A stretch of 64,000 nt of DNA from Octopus vulgaris (GCA_951406725.2 OX597816.1:61752001-61816000); one strand, 5' to 3'. Positions 25,201 to 39,400 are shown, numbered from the stretch's first letter. Program-made: numbers and translations. Notes: a model not told the origin generated them from the letters alone.

Positions 25201-25273
25201 ATAGTCAGATAACCGAAGAGATGTCGTGGATTCCCACTTCGGCATCTGAAACTCAGAGTTTTATCTTGACTAT
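25201..25273 (+). ncRNA. Degenerate type I hammerhead ribozyme (Penelope-type)
   Basis: Stem I atagtcagataa/ttatc(t)tgactat; core CCGAAGA; stem II gatgtcg/cggcatc; GAAA; palindromic stem III ACTC-a-GAGT; triplet GUU. Confidence 0.6.
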
Positions 25274-25298
25274 CGAGTAATGTAACATATTATTGTGC

Positions 25299-25361
<63 letters not shown>

Positions 25362-25789
25362 TTATATACATATACATACACAGAATCGTGAGGTCTGAGT
25401 TGGATCCCATTCCATGGCATCTTGGGTAGATGTCATTTTCTATAGCTCGGAGTCAACTCACACCCAGTGAGTGATATAAACTTAATGGAAATTGCATAGA
25501 CGCCTGTTGAGTGTAATTGCGGTTTAAAGGAAAGGTACAGCTTTGTTACACACCTAAGAGCAGTGTTAAAGTACACGTGAATGGAATATTCAGCCACTTA
25601 TACGTTAATTCAGTGAACTGGTAATTTTGTTAGTGCGCAACTGAATTCTCATTATCGAGACCGATAGAGATCTACCCACACGGGAATGCACGCACGCACA
25701 CAGCGGTATATACATGTGTATATATGTTTGTTTACATATGTGGATGTGTGCCCGGAGGTTTGTGTGTGCATATGTATATGCGGGCCACC

Positions 25790-26030
25790 TCAACACCCGG
25801 ACTTCTCTGCCCCAATGAATCTTAGAGCTATGCTAGCGGGGCGCAAGCTCCTGTTAGCGCCTTCCATGTTGGATAGGTCAAAGAGTAGAGGTGAGACTAT
25901 TATGGAACAACTCTTCTCAGGCGTAAAAATGGGTTTTCACAGGGCCAACACCCCTAGCAAGGAAAAACAAAAATGTAAAGTTACAGAAGTATCGATGACA
26001 AGTCAAAAACCAACAGAATCTGGAAGAGGA
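25790..26030 (+). mobile_element. RTE (Expander/Rex3-like) 5'UTR remnant
   Basis: caatga.tct.agagctatg...ggg...ctcctg.tag.g...ccatg...ga.aggtc pattern recalled from RTE-clade 5'UTRs. Confidence 0.45.
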
Positions 26031-26673
26031 CAAATGAAAAGTCAGCTTAGAATTGAAAAGAGTAGAAAATCATTGATTACGTATGCTTCAAAGAGAGCGA
26101 AGGACTTAAGTAGTAATGGAAGTAAGCCTGCGTATGCTTCCTCGTTTATTTATGTGAGATTATGTGTATGCATGGCCATATACCTATGTGTGCATGTATG
26201 TGTATGTGTACGTATGTATGTCTATGTGGGTGTTAAAATGGCGCCATATACATGCTGATTAAGTTCTATTGATTCGTTCAAGAGAAACCTGGCTTTTTAT
26301 GCGTACGGCCTACAACACTATTATATAATGTTGCTTCTACTCTAAAAAGAACATAAAGTGCAAAAAGGCAATAAATATAGACACATCTTCGCGTTATGCC
26401 TTGCCTACCAATTTTAATTAGATATCCACATAAGCGAGACAGATTAGGTTTACAAGCATTTCGTGAAATTGCTCTCCGTTGTAAAACCTCAAGTCAAAAG
26501 AGAAGGATATCCCGTTGTATTTGACAGTTATTGTATGGTGCTGAAGGTGTTCGCCACTTTTCTCTTCAGCGTTATGACTACATCTATGTGTGCGCGTATC
26601 TGGGTAGGCTTGTGTGTATATGGATATTACTATGTATGTATGAACACACAAACATATGTATATATATATGGAT

Positions 26674-26930
26674 GGAGGCGCGTGGCTTAGTGATTAGGAT
26701 GTCAGCATCATGATCGTAAGATTGTGGTTTCGATTCCTGGACCGGGTGACGCGTTGTGTTCTTGAGTAAAACACTTCACTTCACGTTGCTCCAGTCCACT
26801 CAGCTGGCAAAAATGAGTTACGCTGCAATGGACTGGCGTCCCGTCCAGCTGGGAGAACACATGCGCCATTGAAACCGGGAAAACGGGCCCATAAGCTTGG
26901 CTAGGGTTTAAAAGGGCGCATTTATTTATT
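26674..26930 (+). mobile_element. tRNA-derived SINE family 3
   Basis: A-box tggcttagtg, B-box ggtttcgattcc, then gtgttcttgagtaaaacac ... gactggcgtcccgtccagctggg ... gaaaccggga; related copies at 45907 and 60105. Confidence 0.8.
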
Positions 26931-27161
26931 TTATATGTGTGTGCGTGTATATATATATGTGTGTGTGTGTGTGTGTTTGTGTGCGTGTATATATATGTGT
27001 GTGTGTGTGTTTGTGTGCGTGTATATATATATATACATACATACATACATGCACATGCACGCATACATACACATTCACATACAACATGTATATGAATAGA
27101 TTTATACGTGCATGTATATATTGAAATCAATCAAGCAATCATCCCTTTGTATATGTACATG

Positions 27162-27192
<31 letters not shown>

Positions 27193-27213
27193 ACATACAT
27201 ACATACATACACG

Positions 27214-27270
<57 letters not shown>

Positions 27271-27654
27271 TTACATACGTCCACACATACATGTTAATGC
27301 ATAAAGCGTTTTTCCCCGATATATTGTATTATACACGAGGTATTAACTTACTTTCTGTTTATGATTTCCGCTCTTGTAATAGTTTCATATTGTTTTCGTT
27401 CGTCCTAGCTTTTGTTATTGCGTTATTGGTCTTTACAGAAATATGTCGATAACGATGGTGATGGTAGTGATATATCAATGTTGATGGTGCTGGTGTTGAT
27501 GTTGATGTGAATGATGCTGTTGTTAATGCTGCTGTTTCCTCTACTCACCCCTTTGTTACCATGGTCACGTTAATCACTAGGGAAATGTTTCTACAACCAA
27601 ACATGTTATATCTATTAATCATTGAACTTGCATCCTGATGGCACCCATGATTCG

Positions 27655-28250
27655 CCCTCTCTCTCCTTCTCTCTTTCTTTGTCTCCTTTTGTCTCCTTCT
27701 CTTTCTCTGTCTCCTTCTCTCTCTCTCTGTCTCCTTCTCTCTCTCTGTCTCTTTTTCTCTCTCTGTCTTCTTTTCTCTCTCTGTCTCCTTCTCTCTCTGT
27801 CTCATTCTCTCTCTGTGTCTCCTTCTCTCTCTCTGTCTCCTCTGTCTCTGTCTCTTCTCTCTGTTTCCTGTCTCTGTCTCTTTCTCTCTCTCTGTCTCCT
27901 GTCTCTGTCTCCTTCTCTCTCTGTCTCCTTTCTCTCCGTCTCCTTCTCTCTCTCTCTCTGTCTTCTTTTCTCTCTGTGTCTCTTTCTCTCTCTGTGTCTC
28001 CTTCTCTCTCTTTGTCTCCTTCTCTCTTTCTGTCTCCTCTCTCTCTGTCTCTTCTCTCTCTGTCTCCTCACTCTGTCTCCTTCTCTCTCTGTTTCCTTCT
28101 CTCTCTGTCTCCTTTCTCTCCGTCTCCTTTTCTCTCTCTCTGTCTCCTTTTCTCTCTCTGTCTCCTTCTCTTCCACTGTCTCCTTCTGCCTCCTTCTCTC
28201 TCTCTCTCTCTCTCTGTCTCCTTCTGTCTCCTTCTCTCTCTCTTCTCTGT
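27655..28250. repeat. ~600-bp polypyrimidine (CT-rich) minisatellite, unit approximately tctgtctccttctctctc
   Basis: Direct inspection. Confidence 0.9.
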
Positions 28251-29088
28251 TATACCATTTTTCTTTTTTATTATACGTTCTATCTTCTTTACTTTTTTTC
28301 ACTTTTTTCTCTGTATATCCATGTATATACATATGTGCATACATATATACATGCACACCCACACAGACATACATGTATACTCACATGCATACCCATATTT
28401 ACGGGTGGGGTTTGAGTGTGTATGTATGTATGCATGTATATATATATATCTATACATATTTATGTATGCATGTATCTGTACACATGCTAGAATATGTAAG
28501 GTGTATACATACACATACACATTCACACACGCGCACACACATATATGTATATATACATGTGTGTGTGTGTGTGTGTGTGTGTAATTATATATGAGTATTG
28601 ACATATGCATGAATGCATGTATATGTGTGTGTGATTGTGGGTGTGTGTGCATATGTATATGTGTGCGTGTTGCAGGTATCGTACAATCTCTTTCTTATTC
28701 TTATCAATTTTTCGCCCATTCTTTGCTTTTATTATGAGTACCTCACATCTCAATATATAATGTATATATTATAGGAATATTTTCATGTAAGTCATTTATT
28801 GATATGAAATTAGCTTCCACTTTGAAGAGGTCTGTCGTTCACTGTAACAAAAAAGAAAGAAAAAAAAACTATGTTAGGCTGGGGAGGCACGGATACTATC
28901 AAACTATCAATAACAAACCATAACCACGGGTGACCGTTGATGTACTGTAATGATACTCACATCACACTTCATGCTTTGCTACCATCCAACTCTCTGTCCA
29001 TTCCATGATTTTGTGCAAACATCATTTTAATATTTCGTTTTTGGATATGGTTTGCAACATTCTTTATGTGAGTTCGTGTGTTGAAGCA

Positions 29089-29590
29089 TATTCTGTTGTG
29101 TCTGGGGAGAGTCGTTTTCTTTTTGTGCCTTATAATGTAACACACTCACGGTAAAATTTCCACTTTTTTCTTATTTTTATTTTCCTAAAATTTTCGTTGC
29201 GTCTTGCAACCTTTTCAATAGTCATTGACTCTGTCCGTTATTTACACTGCATTCCTTTTTGTTTGTTTGTGCGCATGTGTGTGGGTCAGTGTTTGTGTGT
29301 GTGTGTGTGTGTGTGTGTGCCTATATATGCATGCATGTACGTATGTATATATGTGCGTACATCTGTATGTACGTATCTTGCATATTTATGTGTATGTCCG
29401 TGTTTGTGTATTTTCTATGTATGTGTGTGAACGCAGTGTAAATAACTGACAGAGTCAAAATTATTGAAAAGGTTGCAAACCAACGAACATTTTAGGAAAA
29501 TAACAATAAGAAAAAAGTGGAGATTTTACCGGTGAGTGTTAAATTATAAGGCACAAAAAGAAAATGATTCTTCCCAGACACAATAGAATA
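29089..29590. repeat. Inverted repeat with ~165-bp arms around a (TG)/(TATG) microsatellite
   Basis: 29089-29254 is the imperfect reverse complement of 29429-29590. Confidence 0.85.
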
Positions 29591-29684
29591 ATTTTCATAG
29601 TTTAATTGTACATTTTTTTTTACCGGGAACTAATCTATGCATTTCGTGCGTGATCCCATTCGCCAGAATTGACGTAGTGTTATA

Positions 29685-29765
29685 CCAGTGGTTCCCAACC
29701 TGGGGGTCTGTGGATCCCTGGGGGTCTGAAAAGGTAGTACTGGGTCCGTGAACTAAATTCAAAAT
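29685..29765 (+). mobile_element. hAT (Charlie-like) terminal fragment
   Basis: Begins CAGTGGTTCCCAACCTGGGG; no partner end found. Confidence 0.5.
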
Positions 29766-29779
29766 TACATATATATATG

Positions 29780-30006
29780 AACCACACGGTTCCGGGTTCA
29801 TTCCCACTGCGTGGCATTTGTCTTCTACTATAGCATCGGGCCGACCAAAGCCTTGTGAGTGGAAAGAAGCCCGTCGTATATATGTATATATATGTATGTG
29901 TATGTATATGTTTGTGTGTCTGTGTTTGCCGCCCCCCCCCCCAACAACGCTTGACGACCGATGCTGGTGTGTTTACATAGCGGTTCGGCAAACGAGACCG
30001 ATAGAA
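29780..30006 (+). mobile_element. SINE family 2, partially deleted
   Basis: Homologous to 17105-17435. Confidence 0.75.
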
Positions 30007-30260
30007 TTTACACACACATATATCCGCACACATTTACACACACATGTATCCGCTTGTGTGTCCATATATGTAGGATTAAATGACTGAGATCCTGAAAGTA
30101 AGACAGGGGAGTTAAAAAATTAAAATGGAGATAAAGGACAGTTAAGTAGGGATGTTGGGTATTACCTAAGTGGTGTAGCGGATATATATATATATATATA
30201 TATATATAAGTCAGTAAATGGTGGGGTTGTGTTAACCGCACGTGGAGAAATGATGCGATA

Positions 30261-31146
<886 letters not shown>

Positions 31147-31164
31147 GTGTGTTTATGTTTGTTT

Positions 31165-31340
31165 TGTGTTTGCCTATCACTGCTGCTTGATAAAAGATGC
31201 TGGTTAGTTGACGTCTCTGTAACTTAGTGAGTCGGCAAAAGATACCCATAGAATAAGTACCAGTTTTACAATCGATTTGTTTCACTAAACCCCAGCACGG
31301 TCGCAGTGCTATGACCGAAACAAGTAAAAGTGAAAAGATA
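31165..31340 (+). mobile_element. SINE family 2, 3' half, degenerate
   Basis: gatgctgg...gtaacttag...tcggcaaaaga...atagaataagtac...tgaccgaaacaagtaaaag. Confidence 0.65.
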
Positions 31341-32296
31341 CATTAAGTAAATAACTTTGTTTTGTTTTCTCCAATCCTTAAAAGTACTTTTCTAGACTAA
31401 AATACTTCCCCACTCTATATATTTGTACAATCAAACGCAATCAAACGCAAAAATGTTTCTCTAATAATCACACAAATCACAAATATCGACAACTTTGTCA
31501 CTACCATAAACAAACTATAGAATGAAAAACGAGCCCAACCCACGACTGCAATATAACAACAACTGCATTAACGCCTCACCTTGTTTTGTTAATGACAGGT
31601 GCCTATTATATGTTGGAAGTTTGCTTTGAAGTTAACTCGCCATCTGACAAAGCTACAAGAAAAAAAAATAATACTGCTCAACATTATTTTATAAAATGTA
31701 ATTATTCATAAAACAAATACCATTTTGTTTCAAAAATTGGCAGAGTTCCGAATATGCACCCCCACCACCGTAACTTCTTATTTATTTTTTCTCCGATAAT
31801 TTCTTCAGATTTCTAAATTTGAAACGCAAACGTAATTAATTTAAATAATTAGTGACAAGTGTAGATAAAGAAATATTTCGTATGTGTTTCTAAAATTCGA
31901 AATTAGTTCAAAAGTTGAAAAGATTGATTTTAAATGCAATTAAATTACAAAATTATATTTCAGTGTGATGGTATTTTTCAAACATTGCACTTTTGTTTCA
32001 TGATGGCAGGTTCCTTGACCTCCACCCTTGCGCATAGAGCGGAGGTATATTCGGTAACCTTTAACGAGAATAATCGCATTAGTCGAACACAAAATAATGC
32101 ATATAAGAAATAGTAATAGAGACAAAAGAAAATACTATATCACTGGCACAACATATTCGGAGTTGGAAAAGGAATACGTATATGTGTGTGTATGTATGTA
32201 TGTATGTATGTATGTATGTATGTATGTATGTATGTATGTATGTATGCATGCATGCATGTATGCATATTTGTATATATCTATGCGTATATGAATACA

Positions 32297-32345
<49 letters not shown>

Positions 32346-33069
32346 AATGTGTATAGCTATACACATACACACAAACACATACGCACTGCGGAGAAATGGC
32401 TACAATTTGCCATGTTTGTAATTATACCATATGTTACGTATATATTATATCATACCTTGATACTGTGTGGACTAAGATCCCCGTTGACAGGCCGCTTGTA
32501 ATTATAGTGTTAAACGCTTTCGGTATGCAAATTAGGGACTCCTTCATAGATTAACTGCTGCATTTGTTGAGAATATAAACAGTTTGGCTGCAGGTTTCTC
32601 TGTAGATTGTCAAAATTGTATGGACGCCAATAAGGTTCGAAAATTGATTAAGGTTGTTCACCGCGTTTTTCAGTCTGCTGAGAAATGGCTAAAATTTGCC
32701 CTATGTGTGTGTGTGTTTTATGTATGTAGAGGCTTCATTGGCGAACATCGAAAGAAGCCGCTCTGAATTAATTGGCAAACGATGCTACCATTTAGTGTTA
32801 CAGGTGAAGACATGGGAAGTAGAATGATAGATAAGTATACCCAGGAAAGACCCATCCACTAATTAATGGCGACAGTCATACGAAATTTGGTAGCGTAAAC
32901 TCTGTGGGACCAAAAGCCAAGATATATTTTCGACGTATATTGCTCGTTACATCTATATAGACACAGCAATAGGCGAAGAGAGATTCAATATGTTACTAAA
33001 TTCTGATATTCATCGTCCGCGTCGGCTGACAGACGGATAACCAAGAGATGTACTGTATTTGGTACTGGC

Positions 33070-33224
33070 TATGCCCAGTACCCCAGTTACTTACTTTGTC
33101 GACCTCAAAAGGATGAAAGGTAAAGTCGATCTCGGCGGAATTTGAACTCAGAACGCAAAGACGGACGAAATGCCGCTAAGCATTTTGCCCGGCGTGATAA
33201 CGATTCTGTCACCTCACCGCCTTT
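33070..33224 (-). mobile_element. SINE family 1
   Basis: Reverse complement of the family 1 head, B-box and core. Confidence 0.8.
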
Positions 33225-33944
33225 GAAGATTTTAAATACCATAAATCAATTATCAAGATTAGTGGCATCAGCAAACACTTAAAATATAGACTATCACTTT
33301 TGACATGATGAATATTACCTAAAATATCACTACGTGGGAGAAAGCTGGACATTTGTATAAGATTCCCTTAGAAAATCACAACAAATTCAACAGTTGGAAG
33401 GATAGAAATGGACCATAGATTTTCTTGCATTAAATATTAGGGAGAAGATTCCTCCTTGAATGATCATCGTAATATTCAAAATCAATCGTTGCACCGCAGT
33501 CATCTCTTGTTAGAACCTAACTAATTTGACTTATGAAGATGATGTCACATTTCTATAAAGAACATATTGGAGACGTCCTAAAACACCAGGCCAGGTCCTA
33601 ATCATTGGTGGAGTCATGATCGCGCAGATTAGCCAAAACAGGGGTGGGGAACCTTTTTGTTCATGACGGCCACCTTACAATTCATTGTCCCTCATAGAGG
33701 CCGCGTTGAACGAATATTTTTCTTGTCCTTTTATCCCTAGGCTTAGGCCGCAAAGTAATTTAATAGTAATGTCACAGGTGATTAAAGATTGGAAATTTGA
33801 CATTTTCAAATATTCTACTTAAGTAGGAACTTTTTTTAAATAATTAAATGAATAATAATCTTTTAAAAAATGTCGAGCCTATAAACACCGAGAATATGAA
33901 ATTTTGAAATATTTCCTTTAGGCATGTATTTACTCTTTATTCAA

Positions 33945-35667
33945 ATTAATGATTTCTTTGGGTTTGCTTTTTTTTGAGAAAGCATTTTGATATCAGGTTC
34001 TAAGTGGTTCTTAGTATCAATTGGTCCTCTAAATTCTCATCTGTCAACTGTGATATCAGTGAATTCTTGATTTGCGTCAAGTACTAGAATGTGGATTCGC
34101 AACAGTATGTTGTAGAAAAGCAGGAAATTTGTCGGCGTGCATGTTCACAAAATCAGGATATTCTATCGCCTTTTTCAAAATTTCAAAGGGATCGTCCTTG
34201 TTGTCAAACTGGGATTTCAGGATATCATCTTCAGACATTTCAATAAGCTCCATTTGTAACTTTTCGGGAGCCTTTGGCACATCAACTAAGTGAGGCTGAA
34301 TAGCAAGTTTCAGAGTGATGTTATGCTTTTCAAAATCACTGAATCTTTTGTTGTATTCTTCTACTAATAAGTCTAAAACTGACTTGTACACTTCAAAAGA
34401 TTCAGAGATATCTTCATTCTCACTCATTACTTTTGTAAACTGGGGAAAGTATTCCTCTGAAAGCTTTGATTTAGCCAAAAGAAAGTTGAAAAACAACTTT
34501 TTTCTAAATGCCTGGATTTTTTGCCACATATCATAAATAGATTTATTTCTGCCTTGCAACGAAATGTTTAACTCATTTTGTTTTGATATAACATCACATG
34601 AAAATGCAACATCTCTGTAAAAGTTTGGACCTGATAAATCACAATGTTTGTTGTTTCTTTTGAAAAAGTCAATTATTTGCTTTCGTAAAGATACAATTTT
34701 GACCAATACTTTTGCTTGTGACAGCCAGCGTACTTTTGAGTGATAAGGAAAATCTACACTAATTACTTCGTCATCCATCATCAGCATGCTTCTAAATTGA
34801 CGATGCTTCGTGGCATTTGCTCGAATATAGTTTACAATACTTATAACCTTATGCAAAGTGTCATTTAAAATGGCAGATTTTGCACAGAGATTTGGCTGAT
34901 GTAAAATACAATAAAAAAAAATCAGTTCACTTGGATTCTTTGGTTTCTCTTTTAAAATGTGCAATAAATGCTTCATTCTTAGCCATCGTAGATGGAGGAG
35001 CATCTTACCAAATTACTAATATTTAGTCCTACTTTGTGGCATTGCTCTTTGAAGTTGTTAAAAATATTTATCACTCGCGTCCTTCCTTTAAGGGTGTCTA
35101 AAGGCAAGCAATTCTTCATATAATTGAAAATCATCAGTTATAGCATGAATAAAATACAACACCTGTGCTGAATCAGTGGAATCTGTCGATTCATCCAAAG
35201 CTACTGAATAATATGCATTTTCTTTTTGGATTATATTTTTCAGCTGCTCTGTTACATCTCATGCCAATTCATGCTGTCGAGCTGTATTAATTTTTCTTGA
35301 AAGAGGCACATCCTTATATTTGTTAACTTTATCTGGATCTGTACATCTTACCACTTCTAAAATACATTCCTTTATAAGAAAGGAAAAATTGTCCTTGCTT
35401 TTGGAAAAATTGTCATTGCTTTTGTTTTCCATCTTTAAGTTTCTGCAGTGCTATCGTTCAAGACTCACCCTCTAATTTGGCATATTTATTGTCTTTATGA
35501 AGAGCACTATGCTGCTGTGCATTGAATTCCTTAACCGTTACAATTGCAGTGTCACAAAGCACACCAGACATTTTGCCTCCACTATTCACTAAAAAATTTT
35601 GTAATTCCCATTCTTCATTGAAGATCCCATTTTCTTCTTTCAACGTTCGCTTCAATTTCTTCGACAT
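33945..35667 (-). pseudogene. hAT transposase (GTF2IRD2/SPIN-like), frameshifted
   Basis: MSKKLKRTLKEENGIFNEEWE start, YSVALDESTDSTDSAQVL (first catalytic D), CILHQPNLC, VRWLS, LNISLQG, C-terminal CESTF...LTDENLEDQL. Confidence 0.9.
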
Positions 35668-36258
35668 ACTTATTGGTCGAAATTGTTTTTATTCTGGAAT
35701 ACCGATAAAAAATAAAAGGATGATAATGAATTAGTAAGGCCAGCAGCACACTGACCCAGAATAATACGATCTCAGACAAGATACGATATACCTGCATCCC
35801 AAACCATATTCTCAGTCTTGAATTCGGCAATTGTCACTAACATTCGAGAATAAATATCATCTAGATTCGTAATATTCTTTTCTGTATTTAGTATTATTAT
35901 TTATCATTAGCCAATTAATATAGAAATAATGTCAAATATCGACGGTTTTCAATCAAAACAATGACAATTGCTAAAGTCATGACCAAGATTCCCAGAACAT
36001 GGTTCCAGATGCTGATTGATCACGTCTTATCTAAGACCGTTTTATCTAGAACAATGTGCAGTAGGCTTAACAGAGTAGCAATGAATTCGATCATTGTTAC
36101 TAATTAAGTTTCAGTTATAAAAAGGAAGTCTGCAAAACAACGCAAGCACTGGTGAATGTACGCTTTCAAATGAAGTTGTAACTAACTCAGACTTACAATC
36201 TCACAAGTCACTATGAACTTAGTCATGACTACAGTTAACTGAGTAGTACGTAGCGCAG

Positions 36259-36376
36259 ACCACAGCGAGGAGGTAGACGAGACAGGAACTCTGCATGTAT
36301 CACGTGTGAAGTCACAAACCATAGCAAGGAGGTATACGAGACAGGAACTCTACATGTATCGCGCGTGAGGTCACTC
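36259..36376. repeat. 2 x 59-bp tandem repeat in the hAT 5' subterminal region
   Basis: acca.agc.aggaggta.acgagacaggaactct.catgtatc.cg.gtga.gtcac repeated at 36259 and 36318. Confidence 0.85.
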
Positions 36377-37963
36377 ACTCCCATTAGGCTGGCGTGGCTG
36401 ACAAGGAAATGTTGCCTTTATAACCATGTTGCTTTAAGCATATATTTATTAGGTTCATAGAAAAATGCTTCCAATTTCTGGGAGTGACATCACTGAACAC
36501 AGTTATTTTCCCTCTCATCTATGTGTGTGTGTGCATAAATGTATGCATAAAAACTATAGACAAAAAAATCAAGGTCTTAAAAAACTTATATGAATATTTA
36601 CATCAACGGCTGCAGAAGGCCACACTTGTTGACCCAGAAGGCCGCATGCAGCCTTGAGGCCGCAGATTCCCCATCCCTGAGCCATAATAACAACCACAAA
36701 TAGCGGATGGCGATCCACCAATCAATCAATTGATATGGTCAGCATATAATAGACTTCCCCGAAAATGACATTCTACGCATAAATACCACATTTGAACAGA
36801 GATTCAATTATCGCTGCTCTGGGTATTTTTAATGTCAAGCACCGACTCGGCAACATGTTTATAATTGAAATTGGTAAAACAGCTTCCTAATGTGTTAGGA
36901 GTTAGATCTGATCAGTGTATACCATAAATCAGGTTTCGTCTTCGCTTACGCTCCATCAAACGGAAAATTTCAAAATATCCTCTTCATGATTGGATACTCT
37001 CAGTAACGAAGGAATTTGTCAACAATACATCATCTTAATCAAAAACAGGTTAAGGTATTGCAAGCAGAAACTGAAGCCATTCTTCGAATGCAACAAATAA
37101 CAATTTTCTCACTTCTCATCAATAAACTGCAGAAGATAGATAGGCAGATCAAGCTGAATTTCCATCGGAACTAAAATAATCCCATAAGAGTCTTAAGCAA
37201 TTACTGGGAAGTGCAATCAATTGAATTGTGACACCTAATTAACATCAACCGAACCTTCTAGAACAAATATCACTAAATTGAAAAAAAAATCTGCAAAATC
37301 TTACACTTACGAAGTAAAACAACAGAAATTTATTGAAAACAAAATAGATTTGAACGTTCATGCAGCTGCAAATAAACAATCTTCTCTGGTATAGCAAATT
37401 GCTAAATGAAATTAATGACAGTAGAAACAAGAATAAGTTGGAACTAAATACTCCATGTTTGCGGGAACTACCAAACAAGTGGAAGGAAGATTTACAGAAC
37501 ATTCTTGCTAACCCCGCGCCCAGTTTTTCAGATATACCTACAGAAGGTATTATTAATCATGGTCTCGACGCAAGATTGGTGTTTTTACATTAGATAAATT
37601 CGCTGACTAAATGGTAAGGACGAACAACAGGAAGAGAACTGATATCGATAATACATTACAAGAAGTTTGGAAGAAAGAAACATTAATATTTCATATCCCG
37701 CTTCAGTGCTGTTCAGGAAAATAAATTATAAAAAAATTATTGCTGAACTATATTTAGTTAATGTTCGAAACGATCATTATGAAGACTCCAAAATGGTTTC
37801 AAGAAATATCAGTCTATTGAAGGAGAGACATTAAACATTAAAAGAGCAACTGAGGCAGTCATTGAAAAACTCGAAAGTTGACAACTCAAAAGATTTCGAC
37901 TCAACTGATGTGAAGTGAAGAAAGCTCATTCTTATATACAGTACGTTAAGTATTATTATTATT

Positions 37964-38002
<39 letters not shown>

Positions 38003-38006
38003 ATTA

Positions 38007-38065
<59 letters not shown>

Positions 38066-38620
38066 GAGTGAGAGAGCAGTGCATGCCATCGAAGTGACAC
38101 TGGGCTAAAATATAGCAAGTCCAGTATACCCAACATGACTACCCGTCTGATAAGGGTACACCAGGCACATGTATCACAACCAAACGTGCGCGACATGGTG
38201 ATCTCATATCAAAATAAACAGCGCATGACCTTGCAGGTGGGGCCCAGTTAGAATTTTCTTCTGGTCGAGTAGCCCATCCCGCTCAAAAGGTCCCTGAATA
38301 AGAATTGTTTAAGGATGTTGAACGAACTACCCATGTTTCCAGAGGTGAATTATCCGAATCTCCAAGAATTCCTCTCAACACACGGCTATGATGCTCCCCA
38401 ACTACTTCTGCTCGTGATCAGAGATGCACATATCGTCAGCCACTAAGGGACATGCTCAACTGGTTAAGGTCAAACAACTGACAAGCAAATCTGTGGTATT
38501 GAGCAGAATATTTGCTGTAGCTCATCTTTTATACCAAGACAAAACAATGTACATGAAAACACTTCCAATCAGTTAAGATCAGGAGCCATGAGAGCCACTG
38601 TCTGGTACTGGATCAGGGCA
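38066..38620 (-). mobile_element. 555-bp element X (copy 3) embedded in (TAA)n
   Basis: Colinear with 4821-5375 with identical termini; (ATT)n on both sides. Confidence 0.85.
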
Positions 38621-38624
38621 TTTA

Positions 38625-38657
<33 letters not shown>

Positions 38658-38719
38658 GTAGTAGTAGTAGTAGTAGTAACATTTGTGCTCTCCAAGAAGA
38701 GAAAGGTTAGAGTATCATA

Positions 38720-39400
38720 ACCTGGCACAGATAACGGCTTCTACATCAATGCTGAGGGGCGGGGGTTTGAAAGCTTACACGCAGTATTCCTATTAATCAA
38801 CTTCCTGGACTATTTTTCGCATTTCTTTTGGCAAAAAAACTTGGCTTTCACTGTAACAAAATCCAGCTTCTTCCATTTCCTTGACACAGCAATGACATAC
38901 ATTACGTCGATGGTGTCACTCTCTTCGCAGACACCACCCTAGAAGCTACCACTGTTGTACACGAGCTTGAGCAAGTTGTTGCAGATTTTAGTATTTATAC
39001 TTCAAATGCAGATATTGGTACCTAATTCAAATGCACTTGCTAAAATCCGGAGGGTCTGGCTCAATAAGCACAAGCACACAAAACTCTCTAAAGTCTATAG
39101 AATCCTCTGTATACTTAGAAAAGTTACATCGCATCCACAAAAAGGCTGTTCTTACCGTGTCATCTGGGAAGCATTATTACTAGATGGCCTTAAGAGAATT
39201 TCTTTCCGTACCTTTGTAGATTATATGCTATTGATCGTGCCCAGTGCACAGGTTCTCACAAAGCACCTGTATGCAACGTTTGATGGAATTTGCACCTTTA
39301 AAAGTAGCACCGTTCTGGTAGCCAACCTTGCCTTAAATCGAGAGGCGTGGAATAGAATAGTCACGCAGCGGAAATGCCAAGAGACGAGCGACCCATTACC
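38720..39400 (+). mobile_element. Decayed RTE-clade LINE (RT and C-terminal remnants)
   Basis: DIHYVDGVTLFADT (DYADD-like), IWEALLLDGLKRISFRTFVDYMLL...LTKHL..TFDGICT, and REAWNRIV resemble the RTE C-terminus. Confidence 0.55.

Larger units (their letters stand above)
33639..36679 (-). mobile_element. Full-length decayed hAT transposon (Buster/Charlie/SPIN group), 3041 bp
   Basis: TIRs CAGGGGTGGGGAAC and CAGGGATGGGGAAT (reverse complement); 8-bp TSD AGCCAAAA (33631-33638) / AGCCATAA (36680-36687). Confidence 0.92.
33300..37930 (+). mobile_element. Highly decayed non-LTR retrotransposon split by the hAT insertion
   Basis: TYEDDVTF (YADD-like) at about 33530 left of the hAT; YxxLG-like, KIDRQI and ET..H...C-like remnants to the right; many stops. 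Confidence 0.35.

Noticed and set aside
27622-28594. 320-aa Ser/Leu-rich and Arg/Glu-rich ORFs
   Set aside because: Products of a CT-rich simple repeat
34077-35003. Domesticated GTF2IRD2/ZBED-type host gene
   Set aside because: Frameshifted and bounded by TIRs and a TSD, so it is a transposon copy
36259-36376. Direct repeats as a CRISPR-like array
   Set aside because: Only two adjacent units with no spacers, inside a eukaryotic hAT element
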